A stretch of 64,000 nt of DNA from Minisyncoccota bacterium (GTDB taxonomy: Bacteria; Patescibacteriota; Minisyncoccia; Phycocordibacterales; UBA9973): NCBI GenBank assembly GCA_036405895.1, contig DASWWS010000002.1:20903-84902 (forward strand), in the 5' to 3' direction. This document shows positions 21,401-30,166 of the stretch, piece by piece (the stretch's first letter is position 1; each line of letters starts with the position of its first letter). The notes beneath the pieces were generated by a model. The model saw only the letters and a program-made list of their open reading frames with translations, ran no database searches and was not told where the DNA came from. A program made the position numbers and the translations under genes.

Positions 21401-21622
21401 AACGAGGTGGAATGAGACGAAGTCCAATTGGAACTTCTTTGTAGAGTAGTCGAGGATCGGGGTGAATTCTTTAAAAACATCCTTCAACCCTTTTTCAATC
21501 AACATATTGAACGAGTCAATCTGATGCTGAATCAGGTTAGGAAATGGTGCAAGTGGTTCTTTGTATTTCGAAAAGTACTTTTTCGGCCGCGCTCCCGCTA
21601 CAGCCTGTTTTGTTTTACTCAT
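18407..21622 (-). CDS. rpoB: DNA-directed RNA polymerase subunit beta
   Basis: 1071 aa; conserved beta-subunit blocks throughout (e.g. GRHGNKGV, rifampicin-cluster region). Confidence 0.95.
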   Translation of the reverse strand: MSKTKQAVAGARPKKYFSKYKEPLAPFPNLIQHQIDSFNMLIEKGLKDVFKEFTPILDYSTKKFQLDFVSFHLVEPKFDEHYAKENKLSLETQLKARVRLTNKQTGTDKEQEIFMADIPVMTGHGTFIINGVERSIIPQLSRSSGVFFTELEVKGKRFFGAKIIPNRGVWIEIESDPDGTVYVRIDKKRKFPITSLLRAMGLNEDAEIKKHFKNEASLKMIEHSLEKDPAKTTDEALVEIYRKLRDGDLATADNAREFVNNLFSEERYDLSSVGRFRFNNRFELDSSAKEMERKTLSASDICHIIDHIVKLNTTPGSHADDIDDLASRRVRFVGEMLQQKIFVGLTQIKRNVQDRMSTIDSANALPIQVVNQRPLQARIKEFFTTNQLSQFMLQENVLSELEELRTLSALGPGGLSRERATLEVRDVHPSHYGRVCPIHTPEGPNIGLILRLAIYARVNEFGIIETPYVRVKDGKITGEIAYLNAAEEEKCIIAHAGNKYDDKGNLEERVEARIHRSPGIVAKKEVNFIDVAPNQAFSLATSMVPFLEHNDANRALMGSNMQKQAVPLIRPEAPFVATGVEESAAPYSGRLVIAEEAGEVIAVDASKVVIRNEKNKDHTYNLVSFQRNNNFGAFHQRPVVSPGAKVKKGDLLADTSTTDRGQISLGHNMMVAFMSWNGANFEDAIILSERLVKDSKFTSMYIAEFVSVVRDTKLGPEITTRDIPNVGEGRLKDLDEDGIIRVGAEVKEGDILVGKITPKGETELTPEERLLRSIFAEKARDVKDTSLKMDHGKRGRIIRVKVFSRDQGHTLESGVIKKIVIEVAQLRNISVGDKLAGRHGNKGVISVILPEEDMPYTADGRPVDVVLTPLGVPSRMNLGQILELHLGMAAAELGYQAIVPPFAGATDAEIKEELVKAGLPSNGRIPLFDGRTGDKFESDIAVGYMYILKLHHMVEDKIHMRSIGPYSLITQQPLGGKAQGGGQRFGEMEVWALEGYGASHTLREMLTIKSDDIRGRAATFDSIIKNEPIGEPNVPASFSVMLNYLRGLSLDVELVQSKPLVVEADSEEVEA

Positions 21623-21756
21623 GCAGTATAATTTTTAACTAAAACGCAAAAATGCCGCATCGATTCTTTTAGTGAACCGATGGGCGTACGTGTAATCTCA
21701 CCTAATAATCTACAATATCTCTTTAGCCGCAACCATTCCGTAGTCAGTAGTGGAAA

Positions 21757-21786
21757 CAGTATATAGCACAACGTTTATTTGTCAAT
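21757..21786 (-). promoter_or_regulatory. candidate rpoB promoter (TTGACA ... TATATA on minus strand) with ~150 nt leader
   Basis: rc of 21780-21785 = TTGACA; rc of 21760-21765 = TATATA; spacer 14-15 nt (suboptimal). Confidence 0.3.
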
Positions 21787-21796
21787 CAGGGATAAG

Positions 21797-21820
21797 AAAA
21801 AGCCTCCGGGGAGGCTTTTT
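21797..21820 (-). terminator. bidirectional rho-independent terminator
   Basis: aaaa-agcctccggggaggct-ttttt downstream of small ORF 21843..22073. Confidence 0.7.
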
Positions 21821-21842
21821 ATAAGAAGTACGGCTTTCTAGA

Positions 21843-22073
21843 CTAGGCTGAGGCAGTTTTGCGTGGCTTCATAAGGCTCAATAGTGCAATACCTGCTTTT
21901 TTAACAGAAAAGCCCAATACCATACTGAGAATTCCAATCATTCCTGCAAGTGCAACCGAGCTTGGCTCTACAGGCAGGATTTCTGCTGTAATAAGGTTTG
22001 TCTTTACAGAGAATTCTGCAATAACGCCAACAAACATGACAATACCTGAAAGGATTGCTACGAACTTTTTCAT
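21843..22073 (-). CDS. small two-TM membrane protein (76 aa), hypothetical
   Basis: MKKFVAILSGIVMFVGVIAEF... two hydrophobic helices; own terminator. Confidence 0.4.
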   Translation of the reverse strand: MKKFVAILSGIVMFVGVIAEFSVKTNLITAEILPVEPSSVALAGMIGILSMVLGFSVKKAGIALLSLMKPRKTASA

Positions 22074-22166
22074 AATGAGCTATTTTTAAGGTTTAAATGA
22101 TACAAATGAATTCTTTTATATAATACTACATATTATATAAAATGTCAAGAGCTTTTACCCCTTATA

Positions 22167-22865
22167 TTACTTGCCCGTTTTCTGATTCGTGCGCCATTCC
22201 TCTATCTTTTTATGGTCTCCGCTAATAAGGACTGGTGGCACGATATGCTTCTTTGCCTTCACCGCAGGCAAGGTTTTAGTCGCCTTTTTCGCCTTGGGCC
22301 ACTCCAAAATTTCAGGGCGCGTAAACACGCGTGGGCTTGCAGCGCGCGATTCTTCCAATGACTCCCCTTTCCCCAATACTCCCGGAATTTGGCGCACAAT
22401 TGCGTCTGTCATCACGAGTGCCGGCAGTTCCCCGCCAGTGAGCACAAAGTCCCCAATCGAGACTTCTTCTGCTTTCAAAATGCTTCGCACGCGGTCATCC
22501 ACCCCTTCGTATCGCCCACAGATAAACACAATGTCGCTGTACTGCTTTGCAAGCTTTGCTGCCATGGCGTTGGTAAACATTTCCCCTGTCGGCGAGAGCA
22601 TCACTACTTTTACTTTCCCCTTTGTCTTTTCACCTTTCATTTTGAGTTTTGAATATGCGCGCAAAATAGGCTCAGGTGTCATCACCATGCCCGGGCCGCC
22701 GCCATAGGGGCGCTCATCGGTCTTGCCATGCTTGTCCAATGTATAGTCGCGGATATTGAGGACTGCAAAAGAAGCGAGCTTCTTTTCAGCAGCGCGCTTG
22801 AGCATTGCTTCCGTAAAATAGCTTTGCACCATTTCCGGGAAAATTGTCAGAAAGTGAAATTTCAT
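22167..22865 (-). CDS. trmD: tRNA (guanine37-N1)-methyltransferase
   Basis: MKFHFLTIFPEM...; SPOUT knot motifs (YGGGPGMVM, GRYEGVDDR). Confidence 0.9.
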   Translation of the reverse strand: MKFHFLTIFPEMVQSYFTEAMLKRAAEKKLASFAVLNIRDYTLDKHGKTDERPYGGGPGMVMTPEPILRAYSKLKMKGEKTKGKVKVVMLSPTGEMFTNAMAAKLAKQYSDIVFICGRYEGVDDRVRSILKAEEVSIGDFVLTGGELPALVMTDAIVRQIPGVLGKGESLEESRAASPRVFTRPEILEWPKAKKATKTLPAVKAKKHIVPPVLISGDHKKIEEWRTNQKTGK

Positions 22866-23171
22866 TTAGAGATCCTTAAGGTCGGCCATTGCGTCGTCGA
22901 GGTTGGCAACGTCTGCCTGGCCTTTGTAGCCAGCCGGCTCGTTGATTTTCAGGTTCACGCGGGCATTGTTCTTCATGCCCACCACGCGAAGGAGGGTGCG
23001 GATAGCTTTTGCAGTATTGCCGGCGCGCCCAATAATCTTACCCATATCGGACTGGGCAATAGAGAGCGTAAGGAGGACGCCCATCTCATCAACGGAGCGG
23101 TCTATCTTTACTTCATCAGGATTATCAACAAGGGCTTTTACGAGCATTTCGAGGAATTCTTTGTCAGACAT
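22866..23171 (-). CDS. KH-domain RNA-binding protein (YlqC/UPF0109 family)
   Basis: GKIIGRAGNTAKAIRTLL GxxG KH motif; conserved position between rpsP and trmD. Confidence 0.8.
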   Translation of the reverse strand: MSDKEFLEMLVKALVDNPDEVKIDRSVDEMGVLLTLSIAQSDMGKIIGRAGNTAKAIRTLLRVVGMKNNARVNLKINEPAGYKGQADVANLDDAMADLKDL

Positions 23172-23230
23172 AGGGATGCACTCATTTACTGTTAACTGTG
23201 TAATAGTATAGCAGATGCTATAGCGGGTAT

Positions 23231-23263
23231 AAAAAAGTCCTCATTATTCTGAGGACATTTTTT
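23231..23263 (-). terminator. hairpin plus T-run between rpsP and KH gene (attenuator/terminator)
   Basis: aaaaaa-gtcctcattattctgaggac-atttttt overlapping rpsP stop. Confidence 0.5.
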
Positions 23264-23570
23264 ATTTCTTCTTTGGAGCGTCTTTGCGCTTTACGGTCGG
23301 AGACTTTTTTGAAAGCACGTTCTTCTTGCGGCCTTCAACGATTCCTTCCTTTACGAGCATGTTGTATGCCGTGTCAGAAACCTGTGCACCGTTCTTCATC
23401 CAGTGCGAGATGCGGTCAGCCTTCAGCGCTACGAGGTTGCTCTTAACAGTGTATGAGCCAAGAATTTCAAGGAAGCTCCCGCTCTGGGCTGCGTTTTTAG
23501 AGTCGGTCACTACCATACGGAATGCCGGTTCGTTTTTTCGTCCAATTCTCTGGAGGCGGATCTTTAACAT
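23262..23570 (-). CDS. rpsP: 30S ribosomal protein S16
   Basis: MLKIRLQRIGRKNEPAFRMVVTDSKNA... canonical S16 N-terminus; basic C-terminal extension. Confidence 0.9.
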   Translation of the reverse strand: MLKIRLQRIGRKNEPAFRMVVTDSKNAAQSGSFLEILGSYTVKSNLVALKADRISHWMKNGAQVSDTAYNMLVKEGIVEGRKKNVLSKKSPTVKRKDAPKKK

Positions 23571-23643
23571 GTAGGGGTCATGGTAGCAGACAAAAGAAAA
23601 AACGTCAAACGGGCAATAGCCAATCTGACGTTCAATGGAGCAG

Positions 23644-24030
23644 TCACACTTCTGCTTCTGCGAGCTCTTTCTCCTTTACAGAGGGATTTTCATGCACCGT
23701 CTCAGTAAAATACTTTGAAATAAGCGATTTTGCCCTATCTTTTCCTTCCTTTTGCCATCCTTTCTTATTTTCAAGCGTATTGATTGTTTTCTCCAATGAA
23801 ACGCTCTGGGGGATAAGAAATTCTCCGTATACAGGAGTATTCGAATTGATTCCCTCAGTTTCTTCAGGGTTGTTTTTGCAAACCCATGCACAACCTACAG
23901 CAAGAAAGTTTTTTCCTGGCTCCGGTCTCCATTCAAGAAACGATTCGTTTGAAAAAATGTTATCCCCTACTTTGAGGATAAAAACAATGTCTGTTTTTTC
24001 CATTATTTTTCTATTAATTTTGTTTTGCAT
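23644..24030 (-). CDS. hypothetical protein (about 128 aa) in AT-rich patch
   Basis: track ORF starts at TTG 24108; ATG candidates 24030 and 24003; no recognised motifs; composition clearly more AT-rich than flanks. Confidence 0.35.
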   Translation of the reverse strand: MQNKINRKIMEKTDIVFILKVGDNIFSNESFLEWRPEPGKNFLAVGCAWVCKNNPEETEGINSNTPVYGEFLIPQSVSLEKTINTLENKKGWQKEGKDRAKSLISKYFTETVHENPSVKEKELAEAEV

Positions 24031-24102
24031 AATAATACTACGTAAGCAAAAATAGTCAATAGATTTCTCGCCTTCACAGCTTTGCTGTGGTACAGTATTC
24101 GA

Positions 24103-26058
24103 ATGCAAAACTCACCTACTGTTCACTCTCTTGCCGCAGGCAGCCAATTCGAAGGCCCAATTAATATTTCGACGAAAGGAGTCGGCTATGTAAAAGTCCG
24201 CGACCTCGGCCTTACTATAGAAGTGCCGCGCGAGGCGCTGAACCGCGCATTCCACTACGACACCGTCAAAGTTGAAGTTACCTCCCTTCCTACCCCCAAC
24301 AGCACAAGTCCCAACCCGCAAGGAAAAGTGCTCGACATCGTCAAGCGCGCAAAGGTGGGCTATTCCGGGACCCTTTCATTTGAAAACGGCAATCACTGCA
24401 TCGTCACCAACGACGGCCGCATGTACACCGCTATTACTATCCCTGGCGACAAGCTCGGAGGCGCCGCACAAGGCGACAAAGTATTCTGCCGCATCAGCGA
24501 CTGGCCCAACCCGCAAGGCGAGCCAACGGGCGAGATCACCCGCGTATTAGGAAAGCCGCTTGAGAACAATGCAGAGATGCTCTCTCTTGCGCTTGAGAAG
24601 GGCTTTAGCGACGACTACCCAGAAGCGGTATTGAAAGAAGCGCATGATATTGCCGACCACGGAATCACCGAAGAAGAAAAAGCTTCCCGCCGCGATTTCC
24701 GCGACACTGTCACCTTCACCATCGACCCTGAAGATGCAAAAGACTTCGACGATGCCATTTCGGTAAAGTTCCTTGAAGATGGCAATACCGAAATCGGCAT
24801 TCACATTGCAGATGTATCGCACTATGTGCGCCCTGGCACGGCAATTGATAAAGAAGCATCCGACCGTGCAACAAGTGTGTACCTCGTCGACCGCACTATC
24901 CCTATGCTCCCGGAAGTCCTTTCAAACAATCTCTGTAGCTTGATGCCAAATGTCGACCGTCTCACCTTCTCGGCTGTATTCGTATTTCGGCCCAACATGG
25001 AAATCGTGAGCGAATGGTTTGGAAAAACAGTAATCCACAGTGCCCACCGCTATAGTTATGAAAGCGCGCAGAAAGTTTTGGATGATAAAGAAGGACCGTA
25101 CCTCAAAGAGCTCGAAGCTTCTCTTGCAGTGGCGCAATTTCTCGAACGAGAGCGCTTTGTCAACGGTGCAATTTCGCTTGAAACAACAGAAGTAAAATTC
25201 AAGCTCGATGAAATGGGTGTTCCTATCGGCGTCTACACCAAAGAGCGCGGCCCAACGCACCACATGATTGAAGAATTGATGTTGCTTGCCAACCGCAAGG
25301 TTGCAGAGTTTGTTGCGACCCGCGACAAGCACGCCGACGAAATATTCGTCTACCGCATCCATGATACGCCGGACCCTGAGCGCGCAGAAACGCTGATGCT
25401 CTTTTTGAAACGCCTTGGGTACAAGCTCACCGCAGACGAGCACGGAGTTATTCCTTCAAAACAGCTCAATGAGCTCGTGCTTTCATTGGAGGGCAAGCCT
25501 GAGCGCGAAACAATCCAGACAGCAATCGTGCGAAGCATGGCAAAGGCTATTTACTCTACAAAAAATATCGGCCACTACGGCTTGGCATTTGAATACTACA
25601 CGCACTTCACCTCTCCTATCCGCCGCTACCCCGACCTTATGGTGCACCGCCTTATACACGAGTACCTCCAAAACAACACCATTTCAAAAGACACCTGGGA
25701 CTATTATGAGAAAATGTCCGGGCACTCTTCAATGCGCGAAAAGGAAGCGTCAGATGCAGAGCGCGCAAGTATTAAGTACAAGCAGACCGAGTACATGTCT
25801 ACCCGAATTGGGCAGATGTTTGACGGTACTGTCACCGGCGTATCGCAAAACGGCATGTTCGTGGAAGAAAAGCTCACCAAGTGTGAAGGCATGGTGCGCA
25901 TGCGCGATATCGGCAACGACTACTTCGAATATTCCGAACGCGAGCTCGCCCTCATCGGCCGCAAGAGCAAAAAAGAATACCGCATCGGAGACTCTGTCCG
26001 CTTCCGCGTTGTTTCGACCGACCTTGCAAAGCGTCTTATCGACTACGCATTAGTATAA
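24103..26058 (+). CDS. rnr: ribonuclease R / RNase II-family 3'-5' exoribonuclease
   Basis: RNB catalytic block FTIDPEDAKDFDDAISV...GIHIADVSHYV; N-terminal cold-shock-like and C-terminal S1 (DGTVTGVSQNGMFVE). Confidence 0.9.
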   Translation: MQNSPTVHSLAAGSQFEGPINISTKGVGYVKVRDLGLTIEVPREALNRAFHYDTVKVEVTSLPTPNSTSPNPQGKVLDIVKRAKVGYSGTLSFENGNHCIVTNDGRMYTAITIPGDKLGGAAQGDKVFCRISDWPNPQGEPTGEITRVLGKPLENNAEMLSLALEKGFSDDYPEAVLKEAHDIADHGITEEEKASRRDFRDTVTFTIDPEDAKDFDDAISVKFLEDGNTEIGIHIADVSHYVRPGTAIDKEASDRATSVYLVDRTIPMLPEVLSNNLCSLMPNVDRLTFSAVFVFRPNMEIVSEWFGKTVIHSAHRYSYESAQKVLDDKEGPYLKELEASLAVAQFLERERFVNGAISLETTEVKFKLDEMGVPIGVYTKERGPTHHMIEELMLLANRKVAEFVATRDKHADEIFVYRIHDTPDPERAETLMLFLKRLGYKLTADEHGVIPSKQLNELVLSLEGKPERETIQTAIVRSMAKAIYSTKNIGHYGLAFEYYTHFTSPIRRYPDLMVHRLIHEYLQNNTISKDTWDYYEKMSGHSSMREKEASDAERASIKYKQTEYMSTRIGQMFDGTVTGVSQNGMFVEEKLTKCEGMVRMRDIGNDYFEYSERELALIGRKSKKEYRIGDSVRFRVVSTDLAKRLIDYALV

Positions 26059-26067
26059 TTTGAAATA

Positions 26068-27078
26068 ATGTTCTGGCGTCTCCTTTTAGTTGTTATAGCT
26101 CTTGGAGTGAGCACGATTGTGTTTTCTTTTGCGTACCCGCTGACGCCCGGCACTGGTATGCGCAGCAAACTTACCCAACAAGAATTTCCCAATGACATTA
26201 TAGTGGGGTGGGTTGGCGACATGGTGCCAAGCCGGGACAGTACGTACAACCATGCAGTGCTTTCTTTTGTCGCACCGGCGCTCGTTGCGCCTGACCTCAT
26301 GATCGGCAACCTCGAAGGCACCTTTGCCGCTGAGAACCGATCAAGCAAGTGCATCTACCTCCTGAACCGCTGCCATGCATTTCGCGGAGACGCGTCATTT
26401 GCGGAAGGATTGAAAACTGCGGGCTTTGATTTTGTAAGTCTTGTGAACAACCACTCATACGACTACGGCGAGATGGGGCTTGCCGATACTACTGCTGTCC
26501 TTGATGCCGCTGGCATCCCCTATGTCGCACCAAACAAGCCCTTTACTAGTATTACAGTGAAAGGAAAGCGTATTGGCATCCTCGGCCTTTCCAGCACCGA
26601 GCCAACGCGCACCATCACCGACTATGATTTTATAAAAAATACCGTTGCAAAACTAAAGCAAGAAAATGATTTCGTCATCGTCATCTTCCACGGAGGAAAC
26701 GAAGGGTCTGACAAAACAGCGGTACCGGGTGTGAACGAATACATGGGTACTGAAGACCGCGGCAACGTCCAGCTGGTGGCATACACTGCAATTGATGCAG
26801 GTGCAGACCTCGTGCTTGGCTCAGGCCCGCATGTCTTGCGCAAAATAGAAACATATAAGGGCAAGAAAATTGCGTACTCGCTTGGCAACTTTGTCGGCGG
26901 CAACGGAAGCCTTGTCACCAGTGGCACGCTTGGCCTCTCCGGCATTTTCACTTCCACACTCTCGTACGACCACAGCCCCGACCCAACATTCACCTCCGTC
27001 ATCCTCACCAAAAACGGCACACCGACACTCGACCCATTGAACCGCGGCAAAGACCTCATTGAGCAATTGTCGCAATAG
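26068..27078 (+). CDS. CapA/PgsA-family metallophosphatase-like protein (membrane-anchored)
   Basis: N-terminal TM; GDxxxxR, VNNHSYDYG (NNH), FHGGNEG motifs characteristic of the CapA family. Confidence 0.7.
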   Translation: MFWRLLLVVIALGVSTIVFSFAYPLTPGTGMRSKLTQQEFPNDIIVGWVGDMVPSRDSTYNHAVLSFVAPALVAPDLMIGNLEGTFAAENRSSKCIYLLNRCHAFRGDASFAEGLKTAGFDFVSLVNNHSYDYGEMGLADTTAVLDAAGIPYVAPNKPFTSITVKGKRIGILGLSSTEPTRTITDYDFIKNTVAKLKQENDFVIVIFHGGNEGSDKTAVPGVNEYMGTEDRGNVQLVAYTAIDAGADLVLGSGPHVLRKIETYKGKKIAYSLGNFVGGNGSLVTSGTLGLSGIFTSTLSYDHSPDPTFTSVILTKNGTPTLDPLNRGKDLIEQLSQ

Positions 27079-27079
27079 A

Positions 27080-27108
27080 AAAAGCCGTATCAATTGATAC
27101 GGCTTTTA
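27080..27108. terminator. bidirectional rho-independent terminator
   Basis: aaaagccgtatcaattgatacggctttt between convergent capA-like and 27113..27523 genes. Confidence 0.7.
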
Positions 27109-27112
27109 TTTG

Positions 27113-27523
27113 CTATCGCGGGCACAGCAGGCGTTGCCATTCCTCGGGTGAAATGCCCGGCCGTCTGATGCGCCGAGAGGAGTACACAGGGTATGAGCTT
27201 CTTGTTACAGCCCTCCTTGAAACAGTTGCTGTCCGGGGGCGATTTCTGCTTTGTTCAAGCAATAGCGCAAGCGAGTCGCGCTCCATATAAAGCCGCGTCA
27301 CTTCTGCTCGAGCATAGGCAAGCGCTTCTTTAAGCTCCTCAACTTCCCTATTTCGATTTTTGGGAATGGTGATTTCAACAAGCGGCTTTTTTATCTTTGC
27401 CACCGTCGGCTCCGAAAGCTCTCGCTTGCGAACGCCCCAGTACCATACTCCCCATACAATTACTGCTGCTAGTGCGAGCAGTGCAATAAACTTCAAAAAT
27501 CCTTTTGCTGATCCGTTTGCCAT
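27113..27523 (-). CDS. hypothetical membrane-anchored coiled-coil protein
   Basis: 136 aa; TM near N-terminus, Arg-rich C-terminus; no family assignment. Confidence 0.4.
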   Translation of the reverse strand: MANGSAKGFLKFIALLALAAVIVWGVWYWGVRKRELSEPTVAKIKKPLVEITIPKNRNREVEELKEALAYARAEVTRLYMERDSLALLLEQSRNRPRTATVSRRAVTRSSYPVYSSRRIRRPGISPEEWQRLLCPR

Positions 27524-27760
27524 ATTCAGTTGTATTAAGTGAACGATTGCTTCTTGGCGGTATAATGCCGATATCTATCCCCGAAGTCAATAAAAATAGT
27601 CGTACCACCACTTGGGTGATACGACCGGTTTTCTCTCGCCTGTCGGCAAGAAAAATGGGCAGATTAGCTTTTTTCTGATGCGAGCTGTCTCATAGCGTAT
27701 TTCCCTCAGTGTACTCCTCTGTCACTAAAGTGCAAATAAAAAAAATAAACTAGATATGTC

Positions 27761-28282
27761 TTACATTGACGGCAGACCAAGACGATTTAATGTAATTCCT
27801 TCAAATTCATAATCGCACTCAACTTCTTTAATATAAGCGAGTACGTCTTTATATGCGGGAGCTTGGAACCATTCACTTAGGATATAAATATATTCAACTT
27901 GAACACCGAGTGCATTTAAAAGTTTTTCATACTGTCGTTTCTTAAAATGACAAGTTTGTAATTTCTCATCTACTGATCCAGCAACATTCTGGAACTTAAT
28001 TTCAATCACAAAAAATGTATTTGTATTTAATACTAAAATAGCATCATCAGGAAGAAGTTTTTTGGAGAGAATTTCCCTATGATTTATACCTTTTCTTTCA
28101 AGAAATTTATATAAGGTGTTTTTTCGAAGATTAAGAGCAACTACTTCTCCATTAAATAAAATAGAGCCATCATCCTTAACCTCATAACCCGGCATCGTCT
28201 TAAGAACAGTAAGAAAATCAACCCTACCTTCAAAATGCATTCCAGATTTTGTATTTCCGCCCCCAACACCACCAAGCTTCAT
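27761..28282 (-). CDS. short PD-(D/E)xK nuclease, likely N-terminally truncated DpnII/MboI-family (GATC) restriction endonuclease
   Basis: 173 aa; LPDDAILVLNTNTFFVIEIKFQNVAGSVDEKL resembles DpnII catalytic block FDFVIKNEQGELYLIEVNFYSGSGSKLNE (recalled from memory); N-terminus GGVGGGNTKSG resembles DpnII mid-region DTNGRKNRTG; full-length family members are about 280-290 aa. Confidence 0.5.
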   Translation of the reverse strand: MKLGGVGGGNTKSGMHFEGRVDFLTVLKTMPGYEVKDDGSILFNGEVVALNLRKNTLYKFLERKGINHREILSKKLLPDDAILVLNTNTFFVIEIKFQNVAGSVDEKLQTCHFKKRQYEKLLNALGVQVEYIYILSEWFQAPAYKDVLAYIKEVECDYEFEGITLNRLGLPSM

Positions 28283-28361
28283 ATCGATCAGATTACCATT
28301 TAAGGCTTCTCTGTCAATAAATTCACTTACCTAGGAATCTAAGGGTGCAACTGATAAAATC

Positions 28362-29210
28362 ATGTTTATGAAAGTGACGAGAAAAGTAAAGCCATTTCTT
28401 AAATGGGTTGGGGGCAAGGGCCAATTACTGGAGCAATTCGAAAATATTTATCCAAAGAAATTCAATACATATTACGAACCTTTTATTGGTGGGGGTGCTG
28501 TTTTCTTTTCTATTAACCCTAAGAAGGGTGTTATTAATGACATTAATCAAACTCTAGTTAATACATACAAGAATATTAAAAATCAGCCCGAAAAGTTAAT
28601 CAGGTCCCTTAAAAAAATTGAGAAAGATTTTATAGCTAAAAATGAGGATGATCGTAAGGAGTATTATTATTTAATTCGAGATAAATATAATCGGCTTTCT
28701 TCTGAAGATTTCAACCGTAGCGTCTACTTTCTATTTTTAAATAAGACAGCCTTTAATGGTGTGTACCGAGAAAATTCAAAAGGAGGTTTTAACGTGCCGA
28801 TAGGCAGCTATAAAAATCCTAAAATTGTTGATGAAGAAAATATATTAGCAATCTCAAACACATTAAAGAATACGAAAATTACGTGCTCCTCTTTTGTTGA
28901 TGCGGTAAAAAATGCAAAGTCAGGAGATTTTGTATATTTTGATCCCCCCTATTACCCCTTATCTAAAACTTCGCAATTCACTAGCTATAGTAAAGATTCA
29001 TTTTCAGAAGAAGATCAAATTAAACTTCGCGATCTATTTGTTCAGTTAGATAAAAAAGGTGTTTACGTGATGCTCAGTAATTCAAGCGCCTCTTTTATAA
29101 AGAAAATCTATGCTGGATATACCCAAATCCCTGTATATGCTAATCGCATGATTAATTCAAAGTCAGATAGGCGAGGAAAGATATCAGAAGTAGTTATTAT
29201 TAATTATTAA
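28362..29210 (+). CDS. Dam-family (alpha-class) N6-adenine DNA methyltransferase, probable GATC specificity (DpnM/M.MboIA-like)
   Basis: KPFLKWVGGKGQLL, EPFIGGGAVFF (motif I), NGVYRENSKGGFNVPIGSY, FVYFDPPYYPL (motif IV), FTSYSKDSF - near-diagnostic Dam signature. Confidence 0.9.
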   Translation: MFMKVTRKVKPFLKWVGGKGQLLEQFENIYPKKFNTYYEPFIGGGAVFFSINPKKGVINDINQTLVNTYKNIKNQPEKLIRSLKKIEKDFIAKNEDDRKEYYYLIRDKYNRLSSEDFNRSVYFLFLNKTAFNGVYRENSKGGFNVPIGSYKNPKIVDEENILAISNTLKNTKITCSSFVDAVKNAKSGDFVYFDPPYYPLSKTSQFTSYSKDSFSEEDQIKLRDLFVQLDKKGVYVMLSNSSASFIKKIYAGYTQIPVYANRMINSKSDRRGKISEVVIINY

Positions 29211-30021
29211 GTTTTATAAGATCTTCAAAACGTTTTCGAGAAAGTTCTAGATATTTTTTCTCCATATCAATACCAATAAATTTCCTTCCATGTTTTTTTG
29301 CAGCAATCCCAGTTGTTGAGCTTCCTGTAAAAGGGTCAAGAACAACGTCCCCCTTATTTGTACTTGCTAATATAATCCTCTCTAAAAGAGATAATGGTTT
29401 TTGAGTTGGGTGTTTGGTAAATTTTTTTTCTTCTTTTTTAGGAGGATGAACTGCCCATACTGAACGCATTTGAAGATTAGGTTTTTTAATAAAATCTTCA
29501 GACCATTCGCCATTTTTCATCAAATCATAATTGAATATATGTTTTGCTTTTTTATCTTTGCGAGCCCATAAAATAGTTTCATGACTTGCAGTAAAAAACC
29601 TACAACTAAGATTAGGTGCTGCATTTGGTTTAAACCAAGATATGTCATTAAGCATATGAAATCCAATTGACTGGATAGCATGCCCACATTGATAAATAGA
29701 ATGATACGTACCACTAACCCAAATGGTGCCATGCGGCTTAAGAACACGATGGCATGCATTGAGCCATTTTTCGTGGAAGGCATAATCGCTGGCAAAACCC
29801 TTACTCTTATCCCATTCCCCCTTATTAACACTCACCATCTTTCCTGCATGGACTGTAAAACCATTATTTGAAAGCATATATGGAGGGTCAGCAAAAATCA
29901 TATCAATTGAATCTTCAGGGAGTGAATTCAAAAGTTCTACGCAGTCACTCAGGTAAAGAACGAAGTCTTTACCTGAGTAATGTGGCTTATTTTTAACATT
30001 TCTAAGTATTCTCTCAGGCAT
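29200..30021 (-). CDS. beta-class N6-adenine (or N4-cytosine) DNA methyltransferase, DpnA/M.MboIC-like second methylase
   Basis: IFADPPYM (motif IV) near N-terminus then VLDPFTGSSTTGIAA (motif I) near C-terminus = beta permutation; long collinear similarity to DpnA as recalled (KHPTQKP..LERIILAST). Confidence 0.85.
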   Translation of the reverse strand: MPERILRNVKNKPHYSGKDFVLYLSDCVELLNSLPEDSIDMIFADPPYMLSNNGFTVHAGKMVSVNKGEWDKSKGFASDYAFHEKWLNACHRVLKPHGTIWVSGTYHSIYQCGHAIQSIGFHMLNDISWFKPNAAPNLSCRFFTASHETILWARKDKKAKHIFNYDLMKNGEWSEDFIKKPNLQMRSVWAVHPPKKEEKKFTKHPTQKPLSLLERIILASTNKGDVVLDPFTGSSTTGIAAKKHGRKFIGIDMEKKYLELSRKRFEDLIKLNN

Positions 30022-30166
30022 TACGTATAGTTTAACTTATTAAAATGAACTTAACATAAAAAATTGTTAAATTATATATAAATTACCCATAAGATCCACA
30101 ATTTATACTAACCCGCACAGGACACAAAAGCCTCTTTAAGTAGAAGTTTTTGTTATAATAATAGAA

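Noticed and set aside
27761-28282. 173-aa ORF as HNH or unrelated toxin
   Set aside because: No HNH/His-Me pattern; has PD..D/ExK spacing and local similarity to the DpnII-family catalytic block.
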